A stretch of 64,000 nt of DNA from Stellaceae bacterium (GTDB taxonomy: Bacteria > Pseudomonadota > Alphaproteobacteria > ATCC43930 > CGMCC-115725): positions 528 to 64,527 of the forward strand of contig DASRKX010000061.1 in assembly GCA_035648735.1 (NCBI GenBank). Reading direction: 5' to 3'. The notes below the pieces were generated by a model, which saw nothing but the letters and a program-made list of their open reading frames with translations, made no database searches and was not told the DNA's origin. Each line of letters starts with the position of its first letter. The stretch's first letter is position 1. Position numbers and translations under genes: made by a program. Shown here piece by piece: positions 28,967-38,286 of the stretch.

Positions 28967-29746
28967 CTACCAGACCTTCCACGGCGCGGTTCCACTCGAC
29001 CATAGGCGGCGCAGCTGGTCGACGTCGCGCTGCGTATCCATGCAGGCCCAGAAGCCGTTATGGCGATAGACCATGAGCTCGCCGGCGGAAGCGAGCTTCT
29101 CCAGGACACCGATTTCGAGATCGCAATCGTCCTCGTCGCGGAGATAGTCGAGGATCTCGCGCTGGAAGACAAAGAATCCGCCGTTGGCGAAATCGTCGAC
29201 CGAGGCAGGCTTCTCGAAGAACGCAGCGACACGGTCGCCTTGGACATTCAATTCGCCGAAGCGCGAGACCGGACGGATGCCCGTCACCGTGGCAATTCGG
29301 CCATGCGCGCGATGGAAGGCCATTAATTTCGTCACATCGACATCGGCCACCCCGTCGCCGTAGGTCACCAGGAAGGCGTCGCTCGTGATATGGCGGGCAA
29401 CCCGCTTGAGCCGCGCGCCCTTCAACGCGGTTTCGCCGGTATCGGCGATGGTGACGCGCCAGCTCTGCTCCTCGACCGAGGGATGATGAATCTCGATGGT
29501 CTTGTTGCGACCGAGTTCGATGGTGACGTCGTTGTCCATCACCTCGTAATGGAGGAAATATTGCTTGATGATCTCGCTCTTATAGCCGGCCGCGAGAATG
29601 AAATCGTGAACGCCGTGGTGGCTATAGAGTTTCATGATGTGCCACAGGATAGGACGATGGCCGATCTGGATCATCGGCTTTGGCCTGAACTCGGTCTCCT
29701 CCCGGAGACGCGTTCCCAATCCGCCGCACAGGATCACTGCTTGCAT
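28967..29746 (-). CDS. rfbF: Glucose-1-phosphate cytidylyltransferase
   Basis: Trimmed to ATG 29746. MQAVILCGGLGTRLREETEFRPKPMIQIGHRPILWHIMKLYSHHG. Confidence 0.9.
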   Translation of the reverse strand: MQAVILCGGLGTRLREETEFRPKPMIQIGHRPILWHIMKLYSHHGVHDFILAAGYKSEIIKQYFLHYEVMDNDVTIELGRNKTIEIHHPSVEEQSWRVTIADTGETALKGARLKRVARHITSDAFLVTYGDGVADVDVTKLMAFHRAHGRIATVTGIRPVSRFGELNVQGDRVAAFFEKPASVDDFANGGFFVFQREILDYLRDEDDCDLEIGVLEKLASAGELMVYRHNGFWACMDTQRDVDQLRRLWSSGTAPWKVW

Positions 29747-29774
29747 GGCTGACTCTCTGTCAAAAAAAGGCGAT

Positions 29775-30464
29775 TCACCCGCGTGCGCGCAATAAATGCT
29801 CGGCGACCTGCAGGTCCTCGAGCGTGTCGATATCGATCGAGCTCTCGGCGTCCATCGCATAAGGAACGAGGCGCCCTCCGAAGACGTACTCCGCCAGCCG
29901 CGCCGTGCGCGTGATATAGATCGCTGCACCGTTGCGGGCGAAGACTCGCGGCTTGTCCTGCCGCCGATGAGGCTGTTGCTGCGGCAGAAACGGCTCGAGA
30001 TAGCCTTCCGCGTTGCGGCGCATCACCGAGAGCGGATGAAAGACATGTGGCACCTCGATGCAGCTCACGAGGCTGTCCGCCTTTGGATCGGCCCCGAACA
30101 GCGCGGCGGCTTCGTCGATATGCGCGGCGGTGCGCAGCGGCGAGGTGGGCTGGAGCGTCAAGACCGCGTCGGGGACGTAGCCCTCCGCCTTGAGTTCGGC
30201 AACGACATGATTCAGGACGTCGCGCGTCGGCGTGTCGTCCTGCGACAACGGGCCGGAACGCAACCGCACCTCCGCGCCGAGGCCCCGACCGATCTCGGCG
30301 ATCTCGGCATCGTCGGTCGAGACAATGATCCGATCGACGGCCTGGGCTTGCCGCGCCGCGTCGATTGAATAAGCGATCAACGGCCGGCCGGCCAGCAAGC
30401 GGATGTTCTTGCGCGGAATCCCCTTCGAGCCGCCGCGGGCGGGAATGATGGCGAGAAGCTGCAC
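29775..30464 (-). CDS. neuA: Acylneuraminate (nonulosonate) cytidylyltransferase
   Basis: LLAIIPARGGSKGIPRKNIRLLAGRPLIAYSI. No in-frame ATG near the family N-terminus. I chose GTG 30464; TTG 30470 (TTGA overlap with the neuC stop) is the alternative. Confidence 0.85.
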   Translation of the reverse strand: MQLLAIIPARGGSKGIPRKNIRLLAGRPLIAYSIDAARQAQAVDRIIVSTDDAEIAEIGRGLGAEVRLRSGPLSQDDTPTRDVLNHVVAELKAEGYVPDAVLTLQPTSPLRTAAHIDEAAALFGADPKADSLVSCIEVPHVFHPLSVMRRNAEGYLEPFLPQQQPHRRQDKPRVFARNGAAIYITRTARLAEYVFGGRLVPYAMDAESSIDIDTLEDLQVAEHLLRARG

Positions 30465-30466
30465 GC

Positions 30467-31621
30467 TCAATAGGTGATGCGCTTCTGGATTTCGACCGGG
30501 CCGAGACCGGCCAGGATTTCGGCGATCTGCTTGCCGGCGCTGCCGTCGCCATAGATGTCTTCCATGGCGTAGCGGCCGTGCTTGCGTTGCGCCTCGATGG
30601 CGTCGGCGATCTCGGTCTCGCCGTGACCGACATCGATCACGTTGCTGCCGCGTTCGCGGGCGGTCTGGCGCGAGCCGACGTTCACCACCGGCGTGCCGAT
30701 GAAGGCACCTTCGCGGATGCCGCTCGACGAATTGCCGACGAGACATGCGGTGCGGGCCATCAGCCGGATATAGGTGTCGGTCGGCAGGTTCTTGAAGAAA
30801 TGCATCTTGTCGGCAAAGCCCTTCTCGCGCCATTTGCGGATGCCGCGGGCGATGTCCTCCGAACCAGCGTCGGCATTGGGCCAGAGCACGATGGCCGGCA
30901 GTCCGATCTTGCGCACGGCGGCAAGCGTGGCCGCGATCTGGCGCTCGCCCGCGCCGTATTCGGTCGTCACCGGATGCTGACTGACAATGACGAAGGGTTG
31001 CGCGGGATCGAGCTTGGCGCCGACGCCGAGATCGAGGCTCGCCGCATCGAGGCGGTTGCCACCTTCGCGCAGGATTTCCGCCACCAGATCGATACGCGGG
31101 CAGCCAACGCGGAACACCATTTCCGGCTTCTCGCCGAGCCTGACGATACGCTCCGCCGCCTCGCGGCTCGCCGGAAAATGGATATGGGCGAATTTGGTGA
31201 CGGCGTGGCGGATGCTTTCGTCGATCGTGCCGGAAACCTCGCCGCCCATGGTATGGGCGACGGGAATGTTCATATAGGCGGCGGCGAGCGTCGTCGCCAT
31301 GGTCTCGAACCGGTCGCCGACGGTGATGACGACGTCGGGCCGCAGCCGGTCGAAGGCGGAAGACAGCTCAATCAGGCCCATACCGGTCGATTTGACCATG
31401 GTCTGCGGCGTTTCGCCCTCGACCAGGATGTGCAGCTTCTCGTCGACCGCGAAGCCGTCCTTCTCGATCAAATTCACCACCTGGCCATAACGGTCGAGCA
31501 GCGCAGAGGCGACACAGACGAGCTGCGGCTTGAGCTCGGGATGGGCCTGGACGGCGCGCATCGCCGATTTGATCGAGCTGTAATTGGCGCGCGAGCCAAT
31601 GACCGTGCAGATTTTTTTCAT
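30467..31621 (-). CDS. neuC: UDP-N-acetylglucosamine 2-epimerase, hydrolysing (NeuC-type)
   Basis: Trimmed to ATG 31621. MKKICTVIGSRANYSSIKSAM, VITVGDRFETMA, AHTMGGEVSGTIDESIRHAVTKFAHIHF. Confidence 0.9.
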   Translation of the reverse strand: MKKICTVIGSRANYSSIKSAMRAVQAHPELKPQLVCVASALLDRYGQVVNLIEKDGFAVDEKLHILVEGETPQTMVKSTGMGLIELSSAFDRLRPDVVITVGDRFETMATTLAAAYMNIPVAHTMGGEVSGTIDESIRHAVTKFAHIHFPASREAAERIVRLGEKPEMVFRVGCPRIDLVAEILREGGNRLDAASLDLGVGAKLDPAQPFVIVSQHPVTTEYGAGERQIAATLAAVRKIGLPAIVLWPNADAGSEDIARGIRKWREKGFADKMHFFKNLPTDTYIRLMARTACLVGNSSSGIREGAFIGTPVVNVGSRQTARERGSNVIDVGHGETEIADAIEAQRKHGRYAMEDIYGDGSAGKQIAEILAGLGPVEIQKRITY

Positions 31622-31628
31622 GTTTTTC

Positions 31629-32636
31629 TCAGGCCAGATCGTCGAAGGAAAGCTTGCGATCCGCCGGCACCGCCTGACGCAGGCGACGACCGACGATCTC
31701 GCGCCAGCGCGACGCTGGAATGCCGTCGCCCGGCTTTTTGAAAGCGAGGTCTTCCCGCACCACGACATGCCCCTGCGCCAGCGCGCGAACGGTGACGACG
31801 CTTTTCTCGAAGACGCGTTTCATTTCCGCAAAGGGACTGAGATCATCCTTGTCGACCGGATGTTCGAGCATCGTCCAGATTTCGTGCAGCCCCTGTGCCA
31901 GGCGGCGGAACTCTTCCGGCTCCATCGCGTTGGCGGCGTCGCTGCCATACATCAGCCGCGAAAAGGCAAAATGCTTTTCGATTACGGTGGCGCCCAGCGC
32001 CGCGGCGGCAAGCGCCGCAGCCGGCCCGGTTGTGTGATCGGAAAAGCCAACTGGCAATTTGTAGCGCGCGCGCATCTCGGCCAGCACGTTGAGCCCCACC
32101 CGCTCCGGCGGACATGGATAGGAGGAGGCGCATTGCAGGATGGTGATTGGGCCGCCCGGCTTGAGGGCGGCCACCGCCGCGTCGAGCTCGGCCCAGTTGC
32201 TCATGCCGGAGGAGAGCAGCACCGGCTTGCCGGTCGTGGCGATTCGCTCAAGCAGAGGAAGGTTGCTGACCTCACCCGACGGCACCTTGTATGCGACGAC
32301 GCCGACCTTTTCCAGCAGATTGACTGCTTCGAGACTGAAGGGCGACGACAGGAAGGCAACCCCGGCGCGCTCGCAGGCGGCGCGCAGTTGCACCCATTGC
32401 TCGGGGGAAAAGGCGGTGCGCCGGAAATATTCGAGGCGCGGCTCGGCGGTGAAATAAGCGGGCATCGGCGCATCCGGCAGCGTTTCGGCCTCGGCGATGT
32501 GCGTCTGGAACTTGACCGCATCGGCACCGCTGGCAGCGGCCGCCTCGATCAGCTTCAGCGCATTGCCAAGCGAGCCGTCATGCCCCGAGCCAATCTCGGC
32601 GATGAGGCGGATGGGTTGGAGTGATTTTGGCGGCAT
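31629..32636 (-). CDS. neuB: N-acylneuraminate (nonulosonate) synthase with C-terminal SAF-like segment
   Basis: IRLIAEIGSGHDGSLGNALKLIEAAAASGADAVKFQTH, GFSDHT, ATVIEKHF. Confidence 0.9.
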   Translation of the reverse strand: MPPKSLQPIRLIAEIGSGHDGSLGNALKLIEAAAASGADAVKFQTHIAEAETLPDAPMPAYFTAEPRLEYFRRTAFSPEQWVQLRAACERAGVAFLSSPFSLEAVNLLEKVGVVAYKVPSGEVSNLPLLERIATTGKPVLLSSGMSNWAELDAAVAALKPGGPITILQCASSYPCPPERVGLNVLAEMRARYKLPVGFSDHTTGPAAALAAAALGATVIEKHFAFSRLMYGSDAANAMEPEEFRRLAQGLHEIWTMLEHPVDKDDLSPFAEMKRVFEKSVVTVRALAQGHVVVREDLAFKKPGDGIPASRWREIVGRRLRQAVPADRKLSFDDLA

Positions 32637-32707
32637 TGAAGATGCTTTCTTGAGCGATTGGGGCGGGTTGCGCCACCTCTACGCGAAATCGTGGCTAACG
32701 AACTCGT

Positions 32708-33127
32708 CTATCGTTTCGGCAAGAACGGACGCAGCGTGGATCTCTCGTCATGCTGCTGGAACTCGATCTTGTTTCCATCCGCATCCTCGATGAGGAATTG
32801 CAGGATGCCGTCGGTACGGCCACGGCGGATGTTCAGGACATAGTTTAGGTGCCTTAAATGTTCCGCCATGGCTTCGATATCGGTGACTTCGAAGCACAGG
32901 TGCCGGAACCGGGACGCCTCCGCCCCGCTCACCGCCGGATCATTGAACAATTCGATGAACGTCCCTTCGCCGACATGAAGAAAAGCGCCGTAGAGTTCGC
33001 CTTTATCGTTCCGGAACTCGTGCGCAATTTCAGCGCCCAGGACGTCGCAATAGAACCGGATGGCGCACGCGAGATCCGGCGTGCTCAGCGAAACATGAGC
33101 CAGACGAAGCGGCTGACGTTGCGTCAT
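32708..33127 (-). CDS. VOC (glyoxalase/bleomycin-resistance/dioxygenase fold) family protein
   Basis: Trimmed to ATG 33127 (ATGA overlap). LAHVSLSTPDLACAIRFYCDVLGAEI, HLCFEVTDIEAM, DADGNKIEF. Confidence 0.7.
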   Translation of the reverse strand: MTQRQPLRLAHVSLSTPDLACAIRFYCDVLGAEIAHEFRNDKGELYGAFLHVGEGTFIELFNDPAVSGAEASRFRHLCFEVTDIEAMAEHLRHLNYVLNIRRGRTDGILQFLIEDADGNKIEFQQHDERSTLRPFLPKR

Positions 33128-34377
33128 AGCTGCCGGACCTCGGGGAGAGGAACCACGACGCGGCCGCCCCGCTCGCAGAATGGACGAAGCTTTCCCATGA
33201 TCGGCTCCGCGTAACGCCACGCCAGAAGAACGATCACACCCGGATCGTTATGATCGATCTCCACCGGAGATACGACCGGAATCCGGTAACCGGGGCCCTC
33301 GATGGCATCGAGCAGCGGCTGGTCATCGAATACGCAGCTCAGTCGCAGGGCTAGATCGAGTTGGTTTATCAGCGTGACGCAACCGACAGACGCGCCCCAT
33401 GCGGCGATACCTTTCCCGCGCGTATGATCCTGGACGAGCTGGCCTGCCAAATCCGTCCGAATGCGTTCCAGGCCATGCCCCATCCGGTCGTAGGCCGGTC
33501 TTGAATACAGGCCGATGGCCTCCTCTTCGGCGGCCATGCGTGCGACGCTCTCCTTGACCGTCCTGGTGCCGCCCCGATGCTGCACGTAACCGCGAATCGA
33601 GCCTCCCTTGGTGCCAATCCGCGATACATCGAACAATTCGAGGCCATGGCGGGCAAAAAACGAGGCGAGCGGCCTGACCATGAAATACGACAAATGCTCG
33701 TGATAGATCGTGTCCAACAGCGTTTTCAGCACCACGTCGCTACCGTAAGAGGTCTCGAACACGAAGACGCCGTCCGGCGCCAGGACGGTATTCAATCCTT
33801 CCGCAACGCTCGCCAGATCGTCGATATTCGCCAGGGTATTATTAGCGATGACGAGATCGAAGCTGCCCCCCGCATTCCGGATATCGCGTGCGCTGATCGG
33901 TTCGAAGAATCCTCTGATCGTGGGAATGCCGCGCTCGATCGCTTGTTCGACGGCGCCGCGCGCCGGATCGATGCCCTGAACCTTCCAGCCGCGCTCCTGG
34001 AACGCGGCCAAAAGCGTGCCGTCGTTGCTGCCGATTTCGAGCACGCGCCCTGATTCGGCCGATTGCGCCGCCGCTAGGATATCGCCGGCGGATCGCCTGA
34101 AATGCTCCGGCAAACCTAACGAAATCGTCGTGACGTATTTGAACTGGTTATACTGAAAGGAGGGATCGATCACCGCCGTCAGCTGCAGCAAACCGCATTC
34201 GGCGCATAGATAAAGATCGGCGGGTACTTCCACCTTTGCCGCACGCTCGTCGTCGGTTTGCAAGTTGGGCGAGACGAGCGGCAGCGGCTTCAGCGGCAAT
34301 ACCCGATCGAGCCGCGCGCTGTCGCAGGCGCGGCAGGTATCCCGGATGCGAAAGTGTCGATCGACCATAATCGTCAT
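33124..34377 (-). CDS. NDP-hexose C-methyltransferase family protein, paralogue 2
   Basis: 417 aa after trimming to ATG 34377. CRACDS...CAECGLLQL, LEIGSNDGTLL, YHEHLSYF. Confidence 0.85.
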   Translation of the reverse strand: MTIMVDRHFRIRDTCRACDSARLDRVLPLKPLPLVSPNLQTDDERAAKVEVPADLYLCAECGLLQLTAVIDPSFQYNQFKYVTTISLGLPEHFRRSAGDILAAAQSAESGRVLEIGSNDGTLLAAFQERGWKVQGIDPARGAVEQAIERGIPTIRGFFEPISARDIRNAGGSFDLVIANNTLANIDDLASVAEGLNTVLAPDGVFVFETSYGSDVVLKTLLDTIYHEHLSYFMVRPLASFFARHGLELFDVSRIGTKGGSIRGYVQHRGGTRTVKESVARMAAEEEAIGLYSRPAYDRMGHGLERIRTDLAGQLVQDHTRGKGIAAWGASVGCVTLINQLDLALRLSCVFDDQPLLDAIEGPGYRIPVVSPVEIDHNDPGVIVLLAWRYAEPIMGKLRPFCERGGRVVVPLPEVRQL

Positions 34378-34388
34378 GCGGCCCGCAC

Positions 34389-35516
34389 CTAGGCGCGCGC
34401 TTTCAAGGCCGCGATGGTCTCGTCGACCATCCGCAGCGCTAGATCGGGCCCGCAAGGCAGATTGAAACCCTCGCGGCCGAACCGCTCGGAATTGGGGAAC
34501 GGTCCTTGCGTCGCGAAATGCGGGGCGGTGTGGCAGCACGGGACGAATTTGCGGGTCTGAATGCCTTGTTCGGCGAGATGGTCCATTAAACGGTCACGTT
34601 GCGGGCTGGTCACTTCGGTCCACAACGCGACCTCGCCCTCACTGACCGCCACCGGCAGAACCGAGACGAATGGCAGCCCGGCCAGACCTTCGACATAGCG
34701 GCGGTAGATCGCATTGACATGCGCGACCTTCTTTTCGCGCCGGCCGATCTGGACCACACCGATGGACGCGGCGATGTCGGTATATTTGAAATTGCCGCCG
34801 GGCCCGAGATAGGCGTGGCTGACGACGTCCGCCACGCCGTTGTCGCGAAAGCGGCGCAGCTTCTCATAAGTGGCCTTGTCACGGGTGACGACCGCACCGC
34901 CCTGCCCGGTCGCGATCAGCTTCACCATGCTGAAAGAGAAACAGCCGGCGTTGCCGATGGTGCCGTGATAGCCGAGCGGATGGCGGGAAAAGAGTCCCTG
35001 GCAGGCATCCTCGACGATGACGAGGCCGTGCTTGCGTGCCAGCGCCATGACTCCCGTCATGTCGGCGCCACGCCCGTTCAAATGCACCGGCATGATCGCG
35101 CGCGTCCGGCTGGTGATCTTGGCCGCCGCATCCTCGACGTCGAGCGTCGGTTGATCGGGAAGGCAATCCACCAGCACCGGCTTGGCGCCGAGCAGAAGCG
35201 CCGCATGCGCCGTGGCAATAAAGGTGCGCGTCGGCACCAGCACCTCGTCGCCCGGGCCGATCCCATGCACCGCCAGGCTCATCAGCAGCGCTGCCGTGCC
35301 GCTCGCCGTGCAGACGGCATAGGGCACTTCGATCTCCCGAGCGATCTGCGCTTCGAAGGCGGCAACGACCGGCCCCAAGCTGAATCGCTTGCGCGCCATG
35401 CTTTCGGCGACGGCGGCGCATTCCTCGGCGCCGATCTCGATGTGCCAAAACGGGATTTCTCCCGCTTCGGTGATGAAGCGGTTGGCCGCGCCGCTATTCG
35501 AAATAGATGAAGCCAT
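34389..35516 (-). CDS. DegT/DnrJ/EryC1/StrS-family PLP-dependent sugar aminotransferase
   Basis: CTASGTAALLMSL, VIVEDACQ, FSFSMVKLIATGQGG (PLP lysine context). Confidence 0.9.
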   Translation of the reverse strand: MASSISNSGAANRFITEAGEIPFWHIEIGAEECAAVAESMARKRFSLGPVVAAFEAQIAREIEVPYAVCTASGTAALLMSLAVHGIGPGDEVLVPTRTFIATAHAALLLGAKPVLVDCLPDQPTLDVEDAAAKITSRTRAIMPVHLNGRGADMTGVMALARKHGLVIVEDACQGLFSRHPLGYHGTIGNAGCFSFSMVKLIATGQGGAVVTRDKATYEKLRRFRDNGVADVVSHAYLGPGGNFKYTDIAASIGVVQIGRREKKVAHVNAIYRRYVEGLAGLPFVSVLPVAVSEGEVALWTEVTSPQRDRLMDHLAEQGIQTRKFVPCCHTAPHFATQGPFPNSERFGREGFNLPCGPDLALRMVDETIAALKARA

Positions 35517-36156
35517 AATCCCCGTTATAGCCGGCTTTGCGGAAAATCCATTCCCAGGCGGCGACGCTGTGGAAGCTCTGGCAGGTCAGCTGCCAGTAGA
35601 GCAAATTCGCCTTCTCCCGCTCGTTGCGCCAGGATTCGACCATGAGATATCCCGGTCCGCGCCCGACCCGCCGGATCTCGGCCAGCGCCTGAAACAACTC
35701 GCCGATCTCCAGATTGTGCAGCGTGGCGAGCGACAGGACAAAATCGAATTCGCCGTCGGCAAAGGGTAACTGGATCGCGTTGCCGACGGTCAGGAACGGC
35801 CGTGCCTCTTCCTTGGCATGCTCGATGCCGTAGGCGGAAATATCGAGGCCGCGGATTTCGATGCCCGGCACCACCTGGGTGAATTCATAGAGCAGATGCC
35901 CCTTGCCGCAGCCAATATCGAGGATGCGCATGCCGGGCTTCAAGCCATAATGCGCCGCCATGCAGTCTGCGACCTTCCGCCAGCGCCCGTCATAGTGGTA
36001 GCCGCCATAGCCGTAGCGGCGGTCGCCGTCCCAATAGTCGTGGCCCCACTGCCGCGCCACGGCGGCGGATTCCGCCTTGTCATGCGCCACCACGCGCTGA
36101 ACGTAGTCGCGCTTGGTCGCGGCGCTCAAGGATTGGATGAAGTCGAGCTGCGCCAT
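35494..36156 (-). CDS. Class I SAM-dependent methyltransferase
   Basis: Trimmed to ATG 36156. WGHDYWDGDRRYGYGGYHYDGRW, then MRILDIGCGKGHLL and FDFVLSLATLHN. Its last 23 nt overlap the aminotransferase start. Confidence 0.8.
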   Translation of the reverse strand: MAQLDFIQSLSAATKRDYVQRVVAHDKAESAAVARQWGHDYWDGDRRYGYGGYHYDGRWRKVADCMAAHYGLKPGMRILDIGCGKGHLLYEFTQVVPGIEIRGLDISAYGIEHAKEEARPFLTVGNAIQLPFADGEFDFVLSLATLHNLEIGELFQALAEIRRVGRGPGYLMVESWRNEREKANLLYWQLTCQSFHSVAAWEWIFRKAGYNGDYGFIYFE

Positions 36157-36158
36157 GC

Positions 36159-36560
36159 TCACAACGCCGTCGGGCAAGACGGCAGCAATTTGCGCACCAG
36201 CCAGATGTCCTCGACGCGCGTCACATCGGCCTCGGAACGCACCGCGATGCCTTCGAGCGCGCCGTGCAGGCTCGCGCCGGCGTCCAGCACACCCCGCCAC
36301 ACCTCTCGGCGACGCACCGGATCGTCCGGCAACATGCCGAGGCTGTAGCAGATAACGCCCTCGATCGCCGGCAGCTCGTCAAGCACCTGCTCCAGCATCA
36401 TGTAACATTCCGGCATGGCGTATTCGGTCGCCGACAGCAGGAAGCTCAGGCCCTTGCGCCGCGCATAATCCCGCACCACGAGATTCTGGACGTGCTGCGC
36501 GGTGCGCTCGCCGGCAATGGGCCGGCTGGCGATATAGCCGCGATAACCCAGCCGCGTCAT
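36159..36560 (-). CDS. 133-aa protein of unknown function
   Basis: Trimmed to ATG 36560 (ATGA overlap). MTRLGYRGYIASRPIAGERTAQHVQNLVVRDYARRKGLSF... I recognise no motif. Tightly coupled on both sides. Confidence 0.6.
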   Translation of the reverse strand: MTRLGYRGYIASRPIAGERTAQHVQNLVVRDYARRKGLSFLLSATEYAMPECYMMLEQVLDELPAIEGVICYSLGMLPDDPVRRREVWRGVLDAGASLHGALEGIAVRSEADVTRVEDIWLVRKLLPSCPTAL

Positions 36561-37357
36561 TCGGCAAAGCCGCCCGGCAGGCGATAGGCCGACCCCAGCC
36601 GCGTCGCCGGGCGGAGCGAGATCGGCTCGAAGAACTCGCCCAGCCGCTTGTCGGCATAGGGCGTGAAGGCGCCCTTGAAGCGGCAATTCATCGACCAGCG
36701 CGTCTCGCGCTCACGGTTCACGCGGTTGCCGTGCATCAGATTTTGCGAGAAGAGCAGGACATTGCCGTAGGGAATGTCGATGAATTTCAGCTCCGGCTCG
36801 ACCGCCTGATAGAGTTTTTCGGTCGAGCCGAACTCCGCCATGCGATCGTGGTAGCGCGCATGCGCGGCGGGGGGTAGCAGGAACATGCTCTTGGTCTTGC
36901 GGCAGTCGACCAGCGGGATCCACAGCACGACCTCGAAAGGCGAATCGCCGTTGAGCACGTCGGCGTGCAGCGGCAGCAGCGATCCCTCGTCGTCCGGCAG
37001 CTGGATCGAAAGATTGAGCCGCAGCTGCATGACCAATTCGTTGCCGACGATCGTCTCGATCGTCCGGCGCGCGGTGGCAAAATAGGCTGGCCGCGCCCAG
37101 TCCATCCCGTTGAGCCCGTCGAACACGGCGAGCCGCAGGGTGTTCAGCGCGTCGGGCGTGACGCGCTCGTGGATGGTGTCGAGGAAATTCTGCGGATTGT
37201 TCGGCGCCGGCAGGCCGAGATGCCGCGCGGCGAACGCCGCCGCATGGTCGCGGATGCGGTCGAGCGCGGCGCGATCCTCAGCCGGAAGGTTGAGGCAGCC
37301 GTCGGCAAGAAACGCCGCCGCCAGGCCTTGCTCTTCCGCCGTCAGGAAATTGCTCAT
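36557..37357 (-). CDS. Putative Fe(II)/2-oxoglutarate-dependent oxygenase
   Basis: Trimmed to ATG 37357 (ATGA overlap). PLHADVLNGD (HxD) and LFSQNLMHGN (distal His). Assignment by motif spacing only. Confidence 0.7.
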   Translation of the reverse strand: MSNFLTAEEQGLAAAFLADGCLNLPAEDRAALDRIRDHAAAFAARHLGLPAPNNPQNFLDTIHERVTPDALNTLRLAVFDGLNGMDWARPAYFATARRTIETIVGNELVMQLRLNLSIQLPDDEGSLLPLHADVLNGDSPFEVVLWIPLVDCRKTKSMFLLPPAAHARYHDRMAEFGSTEKLYQAVEPELKFIDIPYGNVLLFSQNLMHGNRVNRERETRWSMNCRFKGAFTPYADKRLGEFFEPISLRPATRLGSAYRLPGGFAE

Positions 37358-38286
37358 GGCCGGAGATCCGTGATCGTCTTGGCAATGCGCTCGGCGATCG
37401 GCCCGGGCTGGAGCCCCGCGATCTCCAGCAGATCGTCCTGCGAGCCGTAATGGCGCGGGAAGGCGTCGGGCAGCGCCAGGCGCAAAATTGGCGGTAGCGA
37501 GCCGCCGGCCGCCAGCAAGCAATCGGCGACGGCGCTGCCGAGGCCACCGGTGGCCACATGCTCCTCGACCGTCACCAGCAGTCGCAATCCCTGCGCGAAG
37601 CCGCGCACCGCATCGATATCGAGCGGCTTGACCGTGTGGCAATGGAGCACGCCCGCCTCGATGCCCTGCGCGGCGAGCCGGTCGGCGGCGCGCAGGCAGC
37701 GCTCCGTCAGCACGCCGGTCGAGATCATGCCGATCTGTCCCGGCGCGCGCTTGAGGATTGCCTTGCCGATCGCGAAATTCTCGTCATCCCGCGCGATCAC
37801 CGGATCGCCGCCCTTCCCGAGGCGGATATAGACCGGCCCCGGCCGGTCGAGCGTCGCGGTGACGGCGCGCCGCATTTCCTGAGCGTCCGAGGGCGCGATC
37901 ACGGTCATATTCGGCAGCGCGCGCAGAATCGCCATGTCCTCGATCGCGAGATGGGTCGGCCCGAGCGGCGCATAGACCACGCCGCCGCCATTGGCGATGA
38001 GACGGACCGGCAGGTTGTGCAGGCAAAGATCGACCGCCACCTGCTCGAAGCAGCGCCGCGTCAGGAAGGTGGCGATGGTGTTGACGAAGGGGATGAACCC
38101 CTCCATCGCCAGGCCTGCCGCCATGCCGACAATGTTCTGCTCCGCCACGCCTTCCATGAAAAAGCGGTCGGGCATCTCGGCCCGGAATTTGTCCATGGTG
38201 CCGACGCCGAGATCGGAGCCGATGAATACGACGCGCGGATCGCGCCGCGCCAGTTCCGTAACGGTATCGAGCGCGGTCTGGCGCAT
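37354..38286 (-). CDS. Transketolase-family protein, C-terminal (pyrimidine-binding) subunit
   Basis: Trimmed to ATG 38286. VVFIGSDLG, FFMEGVAEQNIVGMAAGLAMEGFIPFVNTIATF. Confidence 0.85.
   Translation of the reverse strand: MRQTALDTVTELARRDPRVVFIGSDLGVGTMDKFRAEMPDRFFMEGVAEQNIVGMAAGLAMEGFIPFVNTIATFLTRRCFEQVAVDLCLHNLPVRLIANGGGVVYAPLGPTHLAIEDMAILRALPNMTVIAPSDAQEMRRAVTATLDRPGPVYIRLGKGGDPVIARDDENFAIGKAILKRAPGQIGMISTGVLTERCLRAADRLAAQGIEAGVLHCHTVKPLDIDAVRGFAQGLRLLVTVEEHVATGGLGSAVADCLLAAGGSLPPILRLALPDAFPRHYGSQDDLLEIAGLQPGPIAERIAKTITDLRP

Noticed and set aside
29747-29774. U7 tract (A7 on the plus strand at 29762-29768) just after the neuA stop, considered as a possible intrinsic terminator or attenuator.
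   Set aside because: The preceding stem is only about 4 bp including a G-U pair (GGTG-AAT-CGCC). That is too weak to call.
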